NCBI GenBank assembly: GCA_038821645.1
Contig: JAWBDT010000005.1
Location: forward strand, 26,182 to 90,181
Origin: Ignisphaera sp.
Lineage (GTDB): Archaea > Thermoproteota > Thermoprotei_A > Sulfolobales > Ignisphaeraceae
Direction: 5' to 3'
Length of the DNA: 64,000 bases
Below the pieces are notes generated by a model. That model worked only from the letters and a program-made list of their open reading frames with translations, was not told the origin of the DNA and did not search any database. A program made the translations under genes and the position numbers. Shown here one piece after another: positions 1-10,472 of this stretch. Positions within the stretch are counted from its first letter, which is position 1. Each line of letters begins with the position of its first letter.

Positions 1-1250
1 AAATCAGCTTCACGTAAACCTGTGGGAAGCTTTACAGTAAGCTCAACTTCGTATATTTTAGATGCTGAACCTTTCTCTATAAATATAACAGTATCTATAA
101 CACTAGGTATCATACCTATGTCAACTCTACCTATAAACCTTTGTATAGCATCTATCGGAGATGTTGCATGCACTACTCCTATCATACCTATGCCTGCTAA
201 TCTTAAATCAACATATATCTTAAAGTCTTCATCATCTCTCATTTCATCAAATACTGTATAGTCAGGTCTACTAAGGAGAAGAATGTCATGAAGTTCTCTT
301 GATGATGCATAGAATTTCGAGTATTGAGACACAATTGGTGGTAGCTTCATATCTCTTGGAGACTCTATTGTTTTCACGATTTTTCCTTTACGGCTATAGT
401 ATTCTGCTAATGCTTGAGCAAATGTGGTCTTACCCATACCTGGTGCTCCTGCTATTAAGATACCTTCTGCTCTCTCATCTAATCTCTTCATAACCTTAGG
501 CGGTAGGTTATAATCTTCTAGCTTTAGCTTAACTATCGGTTTTGTTATCGTTATCTCATACCCTGTACCTATAGGTGGTGTAACAATAATTATTCTATAG
601 TCTTTGAGCTGTAACAGCATTACTCCTTTACTCTCTATCTCTATAAATCCTTCACCAGCTTTTGCCCGTCTAACTATCTCTTCAATTAACAACTCGACAA
701 TATCTCTGGATTGAGGTCTTTCGACTACTACAGCTAGAATCCATTCGCCAGGACGCCCCTTCTTTGCTAGAATCGGAGATCCTTCTTTTATGTGGAGGCT
801 TAGAGTATTGTGATCAAAATATTTCTCGAACCAGAGTTCTTCGTCAATTGATCGTTGAAGCAAAACAACATCTATACCCATTATTTCACATAATGTTTTC
901 TGCATTTCATTATGTGTTAGAATCTTTGCACCAATCTTCTTAGCTAATTCTCTAGCTAATTGATCTAATTGAGAAATATCATTTATGGCGTCTAAACGAT
1001 ATCCGGAATCCATAAACGATATCTCTATATCGTTCTCATTTCTAGCTATGTTTATAGCATTATACACCTCTTGTATACAGAGTAATCCTAAAGCACTTCC
1101 TTGTAGAGCTTTACTCTCGAAATAATTTATGAACTCTCTAGGTATGATTATCTTACCCTTTATTTGTTTTTCCTTCACGATTCTAGATAAGCTTCTCTCT
1201 ATTATCACAGTAGTATCAGGTACGTAGAGGTCTTCAAATGCTATCTTCAT
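1..1250 (-). CDS. PIN-domain ATPase (PINA / PINc-VapC family ATPase), runs off the left edge of the window
   Basis: Not in ORF track. Manual translation from ATG at 1250: MKIAFEDLYVPDTTVIIE (PIN N-terminus), Walker A GAPGMGKTT, then SRPDYTVFDEMRD and GVVHATSPIDAIQRF. Frame open to window edge. Confidence 0.9.
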   Translation of the reverse strand, partial: MKIAFEDLYVPDTTVIIERSLSRIVKEKQIKGKIIIPREFINYFESKALQGSALGLLCIQEVYNAINIARNENDIEISFMDSGYRLDAINDISQLDQLARELAKKIGAKILTHNEMQKTLCEIMGIDVVLLQRSIDEELWFEKYFDHNTLSLHIKEGSPILAKKGRPGEWILAVVVERPQSRDIVELLIEEIVRRAKAGEGFIEIESKGVMLLQLKDYRIIIVTPPIGTGYEITITKPIVKLKLEDYNLPPKVMKRLDERAEGILIAGAPGMGKTTFAQALAEYYSRKGKIVKTIESPRDMKLPPIVSQYSKFYASSRELHDILLLSRPDYTVFDEMRDDEDFKIYVDLRLAGIGMIGVVHATSPIDAIQRFIGRVDIGMIPSVIDTVIFIEKGSASKIYEVELTVKLPTGLREAD

Positions 1251-1478
1251 TTGAATACCCTATTCTTAGCTATGTAGTGGATATGTTGAGTAACTTAAAA
1301 ATAGATTAGAAACAATTAATTATGTATAAGTCTATAAATCATAACATAACCTCGTAATGGGGTTAAAATAAGTATAGATCCATATCTAATGTAAAAGATA
1401 TAGACAACAATATGAGATCTCCGGTCTTCTCAGTAATAATTAGAAAGTCAAATGATTCATTAAAAGAAATAAAATGCT

Positions 1479-2171
1479 TTACCTATTAATTGAATATGAT
1501 CTGTAAGCTGCTTCAGCCATATCTCTTATAACTTTTGCAGGGTCTTTAGCTTTCATTATAGCTGATGCTACTAGAACACCTGCTGTTCCAAGTTTTATAG
1601 CAGCTTCTACATCTTCTGCTGAAGATATTCCTGCACCTGTAAGTATTATTACCTCTTTATTTACTTCTCTAACCTTTTCTACAGTATTTGTAACTATTTC
1701 TGGTTTAGCTTTAGAGACAGCTATACCTGTTCCTATAAGTTCCGGAGGTTCTACAGCTAGTGCTGTGGGTTTTAATGTAGCTATAGCTGCAGCCGCTATA
1801 GGTGTATCTGCACATACTAGTGTCTCAAGGTTATATTTTTTCGCGTTTTCAACTATTGCAACAATTTCATCAAGCCTAAGCCTATGTTCACTATGATTGA
1901 CTAATACACCTCTAACCCCTATATCCTTAAGAGCTGATACAGGAAGCCAGCCAGTATATGCACCAAAATCGTATGGATCAGCATGTTGAGCATATACAGG
2001 AATAGAAACTTCTTTAATCATGCTCCTTAATTCTGTAGCTGGAGGTATAACTATAACCTCTATATCAAATTCTCTTGCTACTTTTTCAGCATGCTTAGCT
2101 ATATCTATTGCTTTAGACCCAAAAGACGTATTATATGCTTTATAGTTTATTGCTAATACGGGAACCTTCAT
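1479..2171 (-). CDS. tpiA: Triosephosphate isomerase (archaeal type)
   Basis: AINYKAY, NHSEHR, AVEPPELIGTG, GAGIS and GVLVASA motifs; 230 aa. Confidence 0.97.
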   Translation of the reverse strand: MKVPVLAINYKAYNTSFGSKAIDIAKHAEKVAREFDIEVIVIPPATELRSMIKEVSIPVYAQHADPYDFGAYTGWLPVSALKDIGVRGVLVNHSEHRLRLDEIVAIVENAKKYNLETLVCADTPIAAAAIATLKPTALAVEPPELIGTGIAVSKAKPEIVTNTVEKVREVNKEVIILTGAGISSAEDVEAAIKLGTAGVLVASAIMKAKDPAKVIRDMAEAAYRSYSINR

Positions 2172-2290
2172 ACATCATTACCTCACATAAGAGGATCTCA
2201 CATATATACATTGCTATATATACGTAATATATATGTGTAAATTAAGGTGGGTTTATTAATTAAGTTCATGAAACGTAAAAAAGAGATTCA

Positions 2291-3439
2291 TTACTCCAAT
2301 AGCTCTGTCTTAACCTTAGGTCCCTTAACTTGATATAACTTAGCTTCTGTAAATCTATCCTGTAGCTTCTGTAGTACTTGTGGTAATGTGGTATACTCCA
2401 TTTCCTCAGGTCCAAGTCTATGTGGCATAAATGGTCCATGCCTTCTCATGTATTCTGCTATCGTTTGAGCTAATCTTCTAGTCTCATCAAATGCAGGATC
2501 ATCAAAGAGATCTGCTGGTCCTATAAGTCTTCCATTCTTTATCTGGAATCCTAATGCTACAACTCTTGGTGGACCATCAAATCTCGTACATCTAGCGTTA
2601 CGTTGACCTACTGGCATTAATGGTCCAAAGTGGCTTCCTCTCATCCAACCTGCTACAAGATGTGGAAATGCGAAAGCCTCTATAACTTCTCCAACTGCTG
2701 GAAAACCTGATTGAGCTCTAACAATAGCTACAGGATCATCTTTACCTACATACTGGCCCGCTATGAGATTTAGTCTCTCTACAGCAACAACTGCAGCAAT
2801 TTCATTATCACTCTTCCTAAATATCCTTCTTATAACAAATCTTCCTGGTGTACCTATAAGAGCTAAAAGATCGTACATCTCTTCAGGAGAATTAAGAACA
2901 ACATATTTACCAGCTATAACGTCGTATACCTCGAACTTAAATCCATCATGAATCTTTGGATCTATGACTAGCCCTGCTGTATTGAAGGGATCTGCAAACA
3001 CTCTGAAGAGTGGAAGATTAAAGGCGCCGGGCTCAGTTTTATCAGCCATAAAGACTATTACTGGTTCTGAAGGTCTTTCCACAAACTCCATCTCAGCTGC
3101 CGATGGACCTAGACCTCTAACATTTCCAGAAAATGCTTCTGTAAGTAAATCTTGTCCTGCAGCATAGAGTCCTAGTTCTTTAGCAACTTTAGCTGCTTCT
3201 TTGAATGCATTCCAAGCTGTTTCATGAACTTCAGAAGCATCAACACCTTTTCTATGAGTCATTATTAGCTCTAGATCATCTCCTACATGCGTTATATAGT
3301 AGTCTATCAATATACCCTTGCTTTTTGCTTCAGCAAGAACTTTAGCAGCTGCAGCCATGGTGTCTGGATGAACCATGTGGTGTCCTGCTAATGAACCTAT
3401 ATCAGCCTTAATAACCGAAATGGTTGTTTTTTCACCCAT
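2291..3439 (-). CDS. fbp: Bifunctional fructose-1,6-bisphosphate aldolase/phosphatase (class V FBPase)
   Basis: SVIKADIGSLAGH, GQDLL, DKTEPGAFN, YVGKDDP and GWMRGSH motifs. Confidence 0.97.
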   Translation of the reverse strand: MGEKTTISVIKADIGSLAGHHMVHPDTMAAAAKVLAEAKSKGILIDYYITHVGDDLELIMTHRKGVDASEVHETAWNAFKEAAKVAKELGLYAAGQDLLTEAFSGNVRGLGPSAAEMEFVERPSEPVIVFMADKTEPGAFNLPLFRVFADPFNTAGLVIDPKIHDGFKFEVYDVIAGKYVVLNSPEEMYDLLALIGTPGRFVIRRIFRKSDNEIAAVVAVERLNLIAGQYVGKDDPVAIVRAQSGFPAVGEVIEAFAFPHLVAGWMRGSHFGPLMPVGQRNARCTRFDGPPRVVALGFQIKNGRLIGPADLFDDPAFDETRRLAQTIAEYMRRHGPFMPHRLGPEEMEYTTLPQVLQKLQDRFTEAKLYQVKGPKVKTELLE

Positions 3440-3548
3440 TTAATTTACACCAAATTCCATACATGTACTATTAAAAATAAATTTTACTAATATATTGAGT
3501 TTAACAGTATATAAAGTATACACCCTATAGGAACCAATTTCTGTTGAT

Positions 3549-5357
3549 TTAATCTAAGTAAAAGTATTGTCCTATAGATTTCTGGTATCTATCTAGATAA
3601 CTATTGGGCTTATTTATTCTAGGTCTACCTGATTGAGGATCTCTCCTCATCGTTATATTGAGTTCTTTCAAGAAATTATTGAATGTTTTAGCAACAGCAT
3701 CTGGAGCATTTCCATATCCCTTTGAGCCGGGGATCCCTGAAAAGAACATAAGCCTATCTACGGCATAGTCTATGAGCAATACATTGTGGTCAACAACAAA
3801 TATTGATGCCTTTCTTATTCTTGCTACACGCCTTATTACTCTCGATACTGATAACTGATCTTCTACATCTATATGAGATGAGGGTTCATCTAGAAGATAT
3901 ATATCGGCTTCTTGTATTAGTGTACGAGCTATATGAAATTTCTGTAATTCACCTCCACTTAAAGTGGATACATCTTTAGACATTAGTCTATCAAGGTTAA
4001 GCCGCTTAATTATTTCACTATTCATCCAATTACCTTCAGCTAGAGCCTCCTTGTTTGCATTCTTTAAGCATTCTTCAACAGTCATACAACCTTCTATCTC
4101 TCTTGGGAGATATTGAGGTTTATAACTTAACTTAAATGCTACAGTTGTTGTGTAACCATCATCAGGCTTGATTTCGCCTGCAAGAATTTTTATGAATGTT
4201 GTCTTACCTATGCTGTTAGGACCTACAATCCCTATAACTTCACCTCTATGCACCTCTCCGGGCTCTACATAAAGCTCGAAACTGTTTAATCTCTTCCTAA
4301 TTGTTCCCCAAGAACATAATACCTCGCTATATTCTACCTCTCTCTCATTCCTAGATTCATGTAATCTAAATGTTATACTCTCAGATCTTATCTTCATATT
4401 TTCAGAAGGTAAGAAACCTTTTAAATAGTAGTCTATACCAGCATTAGTTGGGTACAGATTTGAAAATATACCATAAGTACCTGGTACACCATATGTTATA
4501 ACAACATTATCAGCTACATAGTCTAGGAATGTTAAATCATGATCTACGATAAACACGTATCTATTGCGTGCTACAAGTTCATCTAATGCTTTAGCAAGTA
4601 CTACTCTTTCTTTTATATCTAAATAGCTAGTAGGTTCATCAAATAGATACACATCTCCTTCTTTCATTAATGCAACAGCTATAGCAAGTTTCTGTAGTTC
4701 TCCTCCACTTAAGATGCTAATATCCTTGTCAATAATGTTTTCCATATTTAATACTGATATAACGTCCCTAAATAATCCACGTTCATCAACCTTTGCTAGA
4801 ATTGATTTTACACTACCCTTTTTAACGTATTTAGGTATATACTCTATATACTGAATCTTATGAACTATCTTTAGATTTTGAGCATAAAGGTTAGCAAAGT
4901 ATTCATAGAATTGTGTACCCTTAAACTTATCAAGCACATAGTCTGTCTTTACCTCACCTTCATATTTACCAAAGTTCGGGATAATGTTACCAGACAATAT
5001 CCTTAAAGCTGTTGTTTTACCTGCACCATTAGGTCCTATGATTGCTACAAACTTTCCTTTTACGGGGATAGGTAGCCCATATAATTTAAATGCATTGGGT
5101 CCGTATCTATGGATAAGCTTTTCCTCTATTTCTTCTGGAAGATTCACTATCCTTATTGCAGCAAAAGGACATTTTTTGATACATATACCACAAGCAATAC
5201 ATTTATCCTCGTATATGAGTGGCTTTCCATTTTTATTCTCACTAAGCTCTATTGCTTTATAAGGTCTTGTTCTATTTATTGGACAAAACCTAATACACGG
5301 TATACCACATTTTTGTGGATTACAAAGATCATAATCTATTGAGGCAACTCTAACCAT
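3549..5357 (-). CDS. rli: Ribosome recycling ATPase ABCE1/RLI
   Basis: N-terminal 2x[4Fe-4S] Cys motifs, two ABC domains (GPNGAGKT, LSGGELQ x2), C-terminal RRDPQSGRPRINK. Confidence 0.97.
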   Translation of the reverse strand: MVRVASIDYDLCNPQKCGIPCIRFCPINRTRPYKAIELSENKNGKPLIYEDKCIACGICIKKCPFAAIRIVNLPEEIEEKLIHRYGPNAFKLYGLPIPVKGKFVAIIGPNGAGKTTALRILSGNIIPNFGKYEGEVKTDYVLDKFKGTQFYEYFANLYAQNLKIVHKIQYIEYIPKYVKKGSVKSILAKVDERGLFRDVISVLNMENIIDKDISILSGGELQKLAIAVALMKEGDVYLFDEPTSYLDIKERVVLAKALDELVARNRYVFIVDHDLTFLDYVADNVVITYGVPGTYGIFSNLYPTNAGIDYYLKGFLPSENMKIRSESITFRLHESRNEREVEYSEVLCSWGTIRKRLNSFELYVEPGEVHRGEVIGIVGPNSIGKTTFIKILAGEIKPDDGYTTTVAFKLSYKPQYLPREIEGCMTVEECLKNANKEALAEGNWMNSEIIKRLNLDRLMSKDVSTLSGGELQKFHIARTLIQEADIYLLDEPSSHIDVEDQLSVSRVIRRVARIRKASIFVVDHNVLLIDYAVDRLMFFSGIPGSKGYGNAPDAVAKTFNNFLKELNITMRRDPQSGRPRINKPNSYLDRYQKSIGQYFYLD

Positions 5358-5434
5358 TAATTATTGACCTCTCTAGAAATCTAACTTGGTAGTTAAAGTA
5401 GCAAAAAAATGCTTTAGTCATATACCCGAGGCTA

Positions 5435-5509
5435 TCACCATTCTTCTTCTTCCCACTCTTCCTCTTCTTCCCACCATTCTTCTTCTTCCCACTCTTCCTC
5501 AAACATCAT
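5435..5509 (-). CDS. Putative 24-aa acidic Glu/Trp peptide MMFEEEWEEEEWWEEEEEWEEEEW
   Basis: ATGATG start at 5509, TGA TAG double stop, GGTG RBS 7 nt upstream, TTTTTAAA TATA-like box with purine-rich BRE at ~5545-5560 on the minus strand. Confidence 0.6.
   Translation of the reverse strand: MMFEEEWEEEEWWEEEEEWEEEEW
5438..5500. repeat. Direct repeat of 27 nt (CCATTCTTCTTCTTCCCACTCTTCCTC) x2 with 36-nt period
   Basis: Copies at 5438-5464 and 5474-5500; encodes EEEWEEEEW twice on the minus strand. Confidence 0.85.
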
Positions 5510-5615
5510 TTATCTACACCAGCATTAGCTTCACAAAACTGGGATTTAAAAATATTTTCTGTAGATAATTTATTAATGTGCTTAAATATATCACAAAGAA
5601 CATGTATCTGTAACT

Positions 5616-6134
5616 CTAATCTTTAATTAATAGATTGCTACATCCAATAATTCCTAAGACTATCTTGCCATATTCAATACTATCAAATATTCGAATTCTG
5701 TCTTCACCAATCTTTGTCTTTAAGTAATCGACGTAAAATTGATTTAGATACGAATCATGAGTCTCATACACGAAACTGCATTTAGTATTCTCTAAAACAT
5801 TTCTCAATACTTTTGAAGTACATTCATTAATTGAATAAACAAGTAGAAGTTTATGTCTATCTGAAAATCTTGAAAGATACTTATTTAGTACTGTATGTAT
5901 TTGTCTTTCTGCAAAAAACCTTATGTAGAATTCTAGCTCTGGCTTTCTTGCTACATTCTTCTTAGTTTCCACAGCTTTAACAGTATTAAAGAAAGCTAAC
6001 ACGATATTCTGCCATGGTGCCTTGAGCCCTTGGAGCAACATACACAATCTTACTCCACTACATAATTCATTAACTTTTGTACAAATTTCTTCATATTGAT
6101 CTGACTCACATTGAATAAATGCTAACAGTATCAA
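5616..6134 (-). CDS. cgi121: KEOPS complex subunit Cgi121-like protein
   Basis: KNVARKPELEFYIRFFAERQI resembles the Cgi121 signature; directly downstream of Urm1 as in crenarchaeal clusters. Confidence 0.65.
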   Translation of the reverse strand: MILLAFIQCESDQYEEICTKVNELCSGVRLCMLLQGLKAPWQNIVLAFFNTVKAVETKKNVARKPELEFYIRFFAERQIHTVLNKYLSRFSDRHKLLLVYSINECTSKVLRNVLENTKCSFVYETHDSYLNQFYVDYLKTKIGEDRIRIFDSIEYGKIVLGIIGCSNLLIKD

Positions 6135-6412
6135 ATAGATCCTCCATGGGCTATAGGTACAATTGTTACAATGTCCTCATTCTTTACTACAATATTGCTT
6201 ATTCCACCATAAACGTTAATGTCAATATCGTTAACTAATATCAAGTATTCATTTTGAAAATCACTATCATCAAATATTTTTTTGAGTTCAGATACAGCAT
6301 CAACAAGTCTAGCGAAAAAAATGTGTAGAGGTTCCTCGCCAGGAATCTCTACATCTATTTCAGATAAACCTAATCTTGATCTTAAATGACCTAGAAATCT
6401 TACCTTGACTAT
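6131..6412 (-). CDS. Ubiquitin-like Urm1/SAMP (MoaD/ThiS family) protein, apparent ATA start, ends ...PIAHGGSI
   Basis: Not in ORF track. 93-aa beta-grasp pattern (I)VKVRFLGHLRSRLG...YLILVNDIDI...DIVTIVPIAHGG; in-frame TAG immediately precedes ATA; GGGTGA RBS 5 nt upstream. Confidence 0.85.
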   Translation of the reverse strand: MVKVRFLGHLRSRLGLSEIDVEIPGEEPLHIFFARLVDAVSELKKIFDDSDFQNEYLILVNDIDINVYGGISNIVVKNEDIVTIVPIAHGGSI

Positions 6413-6434
6413 CTATGTCACCCTTTGTTCCTAA

Positions 6435-6638
6435 TCACGACTCTGATTGTCTTTCTCTTAATTTCACCAGATGCGTAATGTATCCTGCAATCTGATTACG
6501 TAACTTCTTGGATTTTGTACTAACTAATTTAGAAACTAACTCTTTATTGTATTGAAATTCCGGCTTAAACATATCTGGATATAATGTTAATAACTTTCGT
6601 GCAGTTCTTTTCACTATACCTATTCTAACTTTTCCCAT
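6435..6638 (-). CDS. rps17e: 30S ribosomal protein S17e
   Basis: MGKVRIGIVKRTARKL...SKKLRNQIAGYIT; start moved to ATG 6638 behind GGTGA RBS. Confidence 0.96.
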   Translation of the reverse strand: MGKVRIGIVKRTARKLLTLYPDMFKPEFQYNKELVSKLVSTKSKKLRNQIAGYITHLVKLRERQSES

Positions 6639-6804
6639 GATATCACCACATTCACTAGTTGTTACATTACCTATCAATATACACAGACATACTCTATAGA
6701 CCTAAATTAGCTCTAAGCTTTAAAGGTTTCATGGAAATGGACATGCTATTTTCATTAAAATTTATATAGAACCTCTGTAGATGAACGTTATTCGGTGTAG
6801 GTAT

Positions 6805-8469
6805 ATGGCTCAACAAGCTCTACCGCCCTATGAACCCACAGGCATACCTGTAATAATACTAAAGGAGGGATCTAGTAGAACCACGGGACGCGATGCATTA
6901 AGAGCTAACATGATGGCAGCTATAACTGTGGCTGAAATGATAAAAACGACATATGGACCTAGAGGAATGGATAAAATGCTTGTTGATGCATTAGGAGATG
7001 TGACAATAACAAATGATGGTGCTACTATATTAGACAAAATGGATGTACAACACCCAGCGGCAAAAATGCTAGTTCAGATAGCTAAGGGACAAGATGAAGA
7101 AGCTGGTGATGGTACTAAGACTGCTGTAATAATTGCAGGTGAATTACTGAAACGTGCTGAAGAACTTCTAGACAAAGGTTTACATCCTACAGTTATAGTT
7201 AGTGGATATAAGAAGGCTTTAGATTATGCATTAACAATAGCTCACAACATAGCTGAAGATGTTGATGTAGAAAGTTCTTCAGCTGATGAAATACTAAAGA
7301 ATGTTGCTATTTCATCCTTAACTAGCAAAGCTGTACATGGTGCACGAGAGTACATTGCAGACCTAGTTGTTAAAGCTGTTAGACAAATAGCTGAAAAGAG
7401 AGGTGAGAGATGGTACGTCGATATAGATAATGTTCAAATAATAAAGAAGAAAGGTGGAGGTCTACTAGACTCACAATTAGTATACGGTGTTGTTCTAGAT
7501 AAGGAGGTTGTTCATCCAGCTATGCCTAGAAGGGTAGAAAAAGCGAGAATAGCTTTACTCGATACTCCTCTAGAAATAGAAAAACCAGAAATTGATGCAG
7601 AAATAAGAATAAGCGATCCTACACAAATACGTAGATTCCTAGAAGAAAAAGAAAACATCCTCAATAGCTATGTCGAGAAGATTGCTTCTGTTGGTGCTAA
7701 TGTTGTTATTTGTCAGAAAGGTATTGATGATGTTGCTCAACACTATCTAGCTAAGAAAGGTATTATGGCTGTTAGAAGAGTCAAGAGAAGCGATATGGAG
7801 AAACTAGAAAGAGCTTCGGGAGGTAGAATAGTCAGTAATATTGAAGATCTAACAGAAAAAGATCTAGGTGAATGTGAATTAGTTGAAGAAAGAAAGGTTG
7901 GCGAAGATAAAATGGTATTCATAGAGAATTGTAAGAATCCTAAATCAGTATCAATAGTTCTTAGAGCAGGACTAGAAAGACTTGTTGATGAAGCAGAAAG
8001 ATACGCTAAAGATGCCTTGAGTGCTGTTGCAGACATCTTTAGACTACCTAAAATAGTGTATGGAGCTGGAGCCTTTGAAATTGAGCTTGCTAAATATATA
8101 AGAGATTACGCTAATAAGGTTGGAGGTAAGGAGGGTCTAGCTGTAGAAGCATTTGCAAGAGCTATAGAAGGTATTGTTGAGACTTTAGCTACAAATGCTG
8201 GACTGGATCCTGTTGAAATAATTATGAAGCTTAGAGCAGAACACATGAAGTCTGAAGGTAAATACATAGGATTCAATGTATTTACTGGCGAACTAATAGA
8301 TGCGAAGAAACTAGGTATAATAGATCCTCTCCTAGTTAAACTATCTGCACTAAAAGCAGGTACAGAAGCCGCTACTCTAATCCTCAGAATAGATGATGTA
8401 ATAGCAGCATCTAGGAGGAAAGAGGAAGAAAAGAAGAAAGAAGAAAAGAAGGAAGAGGAAGAAAAGTAA
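6805..8469 (+). CDS. thsB: Thermosome (group II chaperonin) subunit, probably beta
   Basis: [14 protein letters not shown] and [10 protein letters not shown] motifs; charged C-terminal tail. Likely start ATG 6805 (ORF track 6781). Confidence 0.93.
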   Translation: MAQQALPPYEPTGIPVIILKEGSSRTTGRDALRANMMAAITVAEMIKTTYGPRGMDKMLVDALGDVTITNDGATILDKMDVQHPAAKMLVQIAKGQDEEAGDGTKTAVIIAGELLKRAEELLDKGLHPTVIVSGYKKALDYALTIAHNIAEDVDVESSSADEILKNVAISSLTSKAVHGAREYIADLVVKAVRQIAEKRGERWYVDIDNVQIIKKKGGGLLDSQLVYGVVLDKEVVHPAMPRRVEKARIALLDTPLEIEKPEIDAEIRISDPTQIRRFLEEKENILNSYVEKIASVGANVVICQKGIDDVAQHYLAKKGIMAVRRVKRSDMEKLERASGGRIVSNIEDLTEKDLGECELVEERKVGEDKMVFIENCKNPKSVSIVLRAGLERLVDEAERYAKDALSAVADIFRLPKIVYGAGAFEIELAKYIRDYANKVGGKEGLAVEAFARAIEGIVETLATNAGLDPVEIIMKLRAEHMKSEGKYIGFNVFTGELIDAKKLGIIDPLLVKLSALKAGTEAATLILRIDDVIAASRRKEEEKKKEEKKEEEEK

Positions 8470-8473
8470 ACAC

Positions 8474-10090
8474 TTATACTCTAGCTATTTTAACAAGTAT
8501 AGGTTCAGCTAACTCTGGTAAAACAACTAATGCCTCACCAGGTTTTAGTGCAGAAATCATTTTTTTATGTTCTTTTCTAAATGGTATAGCAGATACAACT
8601 GTCTTTATATCATTGGAAGACTTTAGTGAATGTATTATCTTTGTATTGGTATTTTTAAGTACCACAGATGATAGCATTGAAGGAGCTTGAGTAATTACAA
8701 CAAAACCTATATTCCATTTTCTTACTTCGGCAATCAAGTTAGACACGGGATTCCCTGAATATAGTACATTATGAGCTTCGTCAACTATTATCAATACTGG
8801 CTTCACTATGTTGTTATACTGAGCTTTAATTACTATGGATCTAATCAATAGAGATGATAAAACTCGCTTCACCCTGGTGTTCGGTATATACGATATATCG
8901 AATACATATATCTTTTCTTTATCGATAACTACTTTTTTAAGCTTGTTCCAATATATCTTCAGATAATCACTTGAAAGCGGCTTCAATTTCCTCAATAATG
9001 CTTCTCTCGATTCTGTAAACCATCGTGCAGATGCAGAACTGTTCTGCACAATATCTATTATCTCATCTATACAGTAGCTACTGCTAGTAGTACGTCGAGA
9101 AACAATGTTTATAGCATCTTCTAATATATGGGCTTGAGGAGGCGTTAATTCTAATGCACTTTCCAGAATCTCTAAAAATGATAGAGGTTCTTTCTTTATC
9201 AACTCTTCAAAACTTAGTGGTTCTAAAATTGTTCCATTCAATGGATTTGTATAAACCATACTGTTTTTTAGTTGTATAAGCTCTTTGTATTCTCCATGCC
9301 AATCAAGCACTACTACGGCATAGCCATTTTCAGCAGATTTTTCCGCTATTATCGATGCTGTTGTTGATTTACCACTACCGGTAGAGCCAACGATAGCTAT
9401 GTGTCTAAATATATGATCATTATTAAGCGTAACAATAATCTTTGGATTAGAATACAAATAACCTAATGATATTGTTCCGTGACTGAATATAGATGATAAA
9501 TACTCGTATTCTTCAACAGTATTAATATTGTAAGAAGGATTCACAGATAGAGCATGTAGATGTACTGGTGTTTCTTCTTTTTCTCCTCTTTTTAGGATCT
9601 TAATTAAGTAATCAATTGGACTCTGTAGACCAAGACATTCGTTAAGCAATGCTAAAGGATCACTCTTAACTAAGCATTTTATTTCACCTTGTCCAAGGGT
9701 TTCTACTAATGCACAAATAGTATCTAGTTCTTTGAGTACCTCATCATTTGAGTTACACATTACAATAAGATTCGACTTGACACTATATGGATTAATGCAC
9801 GTCACAAATACATACTTTCTATTACTTGAGCTCCTATGATTCAAAACAGCAATAATATCTGAAACTCTACTGAGATACTGACCATCTCTAGCTTCATCAC
9901 CATTAGTAAGTACAAGCTCTAGTGTACCTATGAATAGATTTTTTCCATAAGGCTCAATATGTAGTTGAGCTAAACTATCAACTTTCTCAAGAAATATACT
10001 AACGTTTTTCCTCTTAATTATACCGACCCCAATATATGGAGATCTATTAAAGTGGTTTAAATAAAAATATAAACAGTACTTATTGTTCAT
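8474..10090 (-). CDS. HerA/VirB4/VirD4-like (DUF87) ATPase
   Basis: RHIAIVGSTGSGKST Walker A, LDWHGEY, IIVDEAHN Walker B, EVRKWNIG, ITQAPS; start uncertain. Confidence 0.85.
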   Translation of the reverse strand: MNNKYCLYFYLNHFNRSPYIGVGIIKRKNVSIFLEKVDSLAQLHIEPYGKNLFIGTLELVLTNGDEARDGQYLSRVSDIIAVLNHRSSSNRKYVFVTCINPYSVKSNLIVMCNSNDEVLKELDTICALVETLGQGEIKCLVKSDPLALLNECLGLQSPIDYLIKILKRGEKEETPVHLHALSVNPSYNINTVEEYEYLSSIFSHGTISLGYLYSNPKIIVTLNNDHIFRHIAIVGSTGSGKSTTASIIAEKSAENGYAVVVLDWHGEYKELIQLKNSMVYTNPLNGTILEPLSFEELIKKEPLSFLEILESALELTPPQAHILEDAINIVSRRTTSSSYCIDEIIDIVQNSSASARWFTESREALLRKLKPLSSDYLKIYWNKLKKVVIDKEKIYVFDISYIPNTRVKRVLSSLLIRSIVIKAQYNNIVKPVLIIVDEAHNVLYSGNPVSNLIAEVRKWNIGFVVITQAPSMLSSVVLKNTNTKIIHSLKSSNDIKTVVSAIPFRKEHKKMISALKPGEALVVLPELAEPILVKIARV

Positions 10091-10115
10091 AAACTGTAGA
10101 ATAGCTTAGAAGGTA

Positions 10116-10472
10116 ATGAATATGGAGTTCAGCTGTAAGGTAGTAGATGTTGCAGATTCGTATTTACCAAACGTCAATATACTGAATATTGATTGTGGTA
10201 TAGCGATAATAAAAATGGATATACATAGAGAACTTAACCTTGCTAGAAAAGGAGATTTAATTAACATAGGTATATACAAATCATTACCACCATATGTTGC
10301 GGGTAAGGATTTTTTAGCCCATGGTTACGTTATAACCAAGAAGAAAGATAACAACTATACAAACATTTACATAAGTTTATGGGGATATTTAGTAGTCATT
10401 AAAACTAACGAAATTAGATTAAATGAGTATCTAAATACTATGGATAAAGTATACATAAAACTGTGGAAATAG
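10116..10472 (+). CDS. rpoG: DNA-directed RNA polymerase subunit Rpo8 (RpoG)
   Basis: OB-fold sized protein with DFLAHGYV and ISLWGYLV motifs; upstream of SmAP and tgtA as in Crenarchaeota. Confidence 0.75.
   Translation: MNMEFSCKVVDVADSYLPNVNILNIDCGIAIIKMDIHRELNLARKGDLINIGIYKSLPPYVAGKDFLAHGYVITKKKDNNYTNIYISLWGYLVVIKTNEIRLNEYLNTMDKVYIKLWK

Noticed and set aside
22-493. Plus-strand ORFs 22-261 and 299-493
   Set aside because: Antisense to the PINA ATPase reading frame.
5386-5568. Plus-strand 60-aa ORF with repeated LLLPTLP
   Set aside because: Antisense shadow of the Glu/Trp repeat; RBS and promoter signals are on the minus strand.
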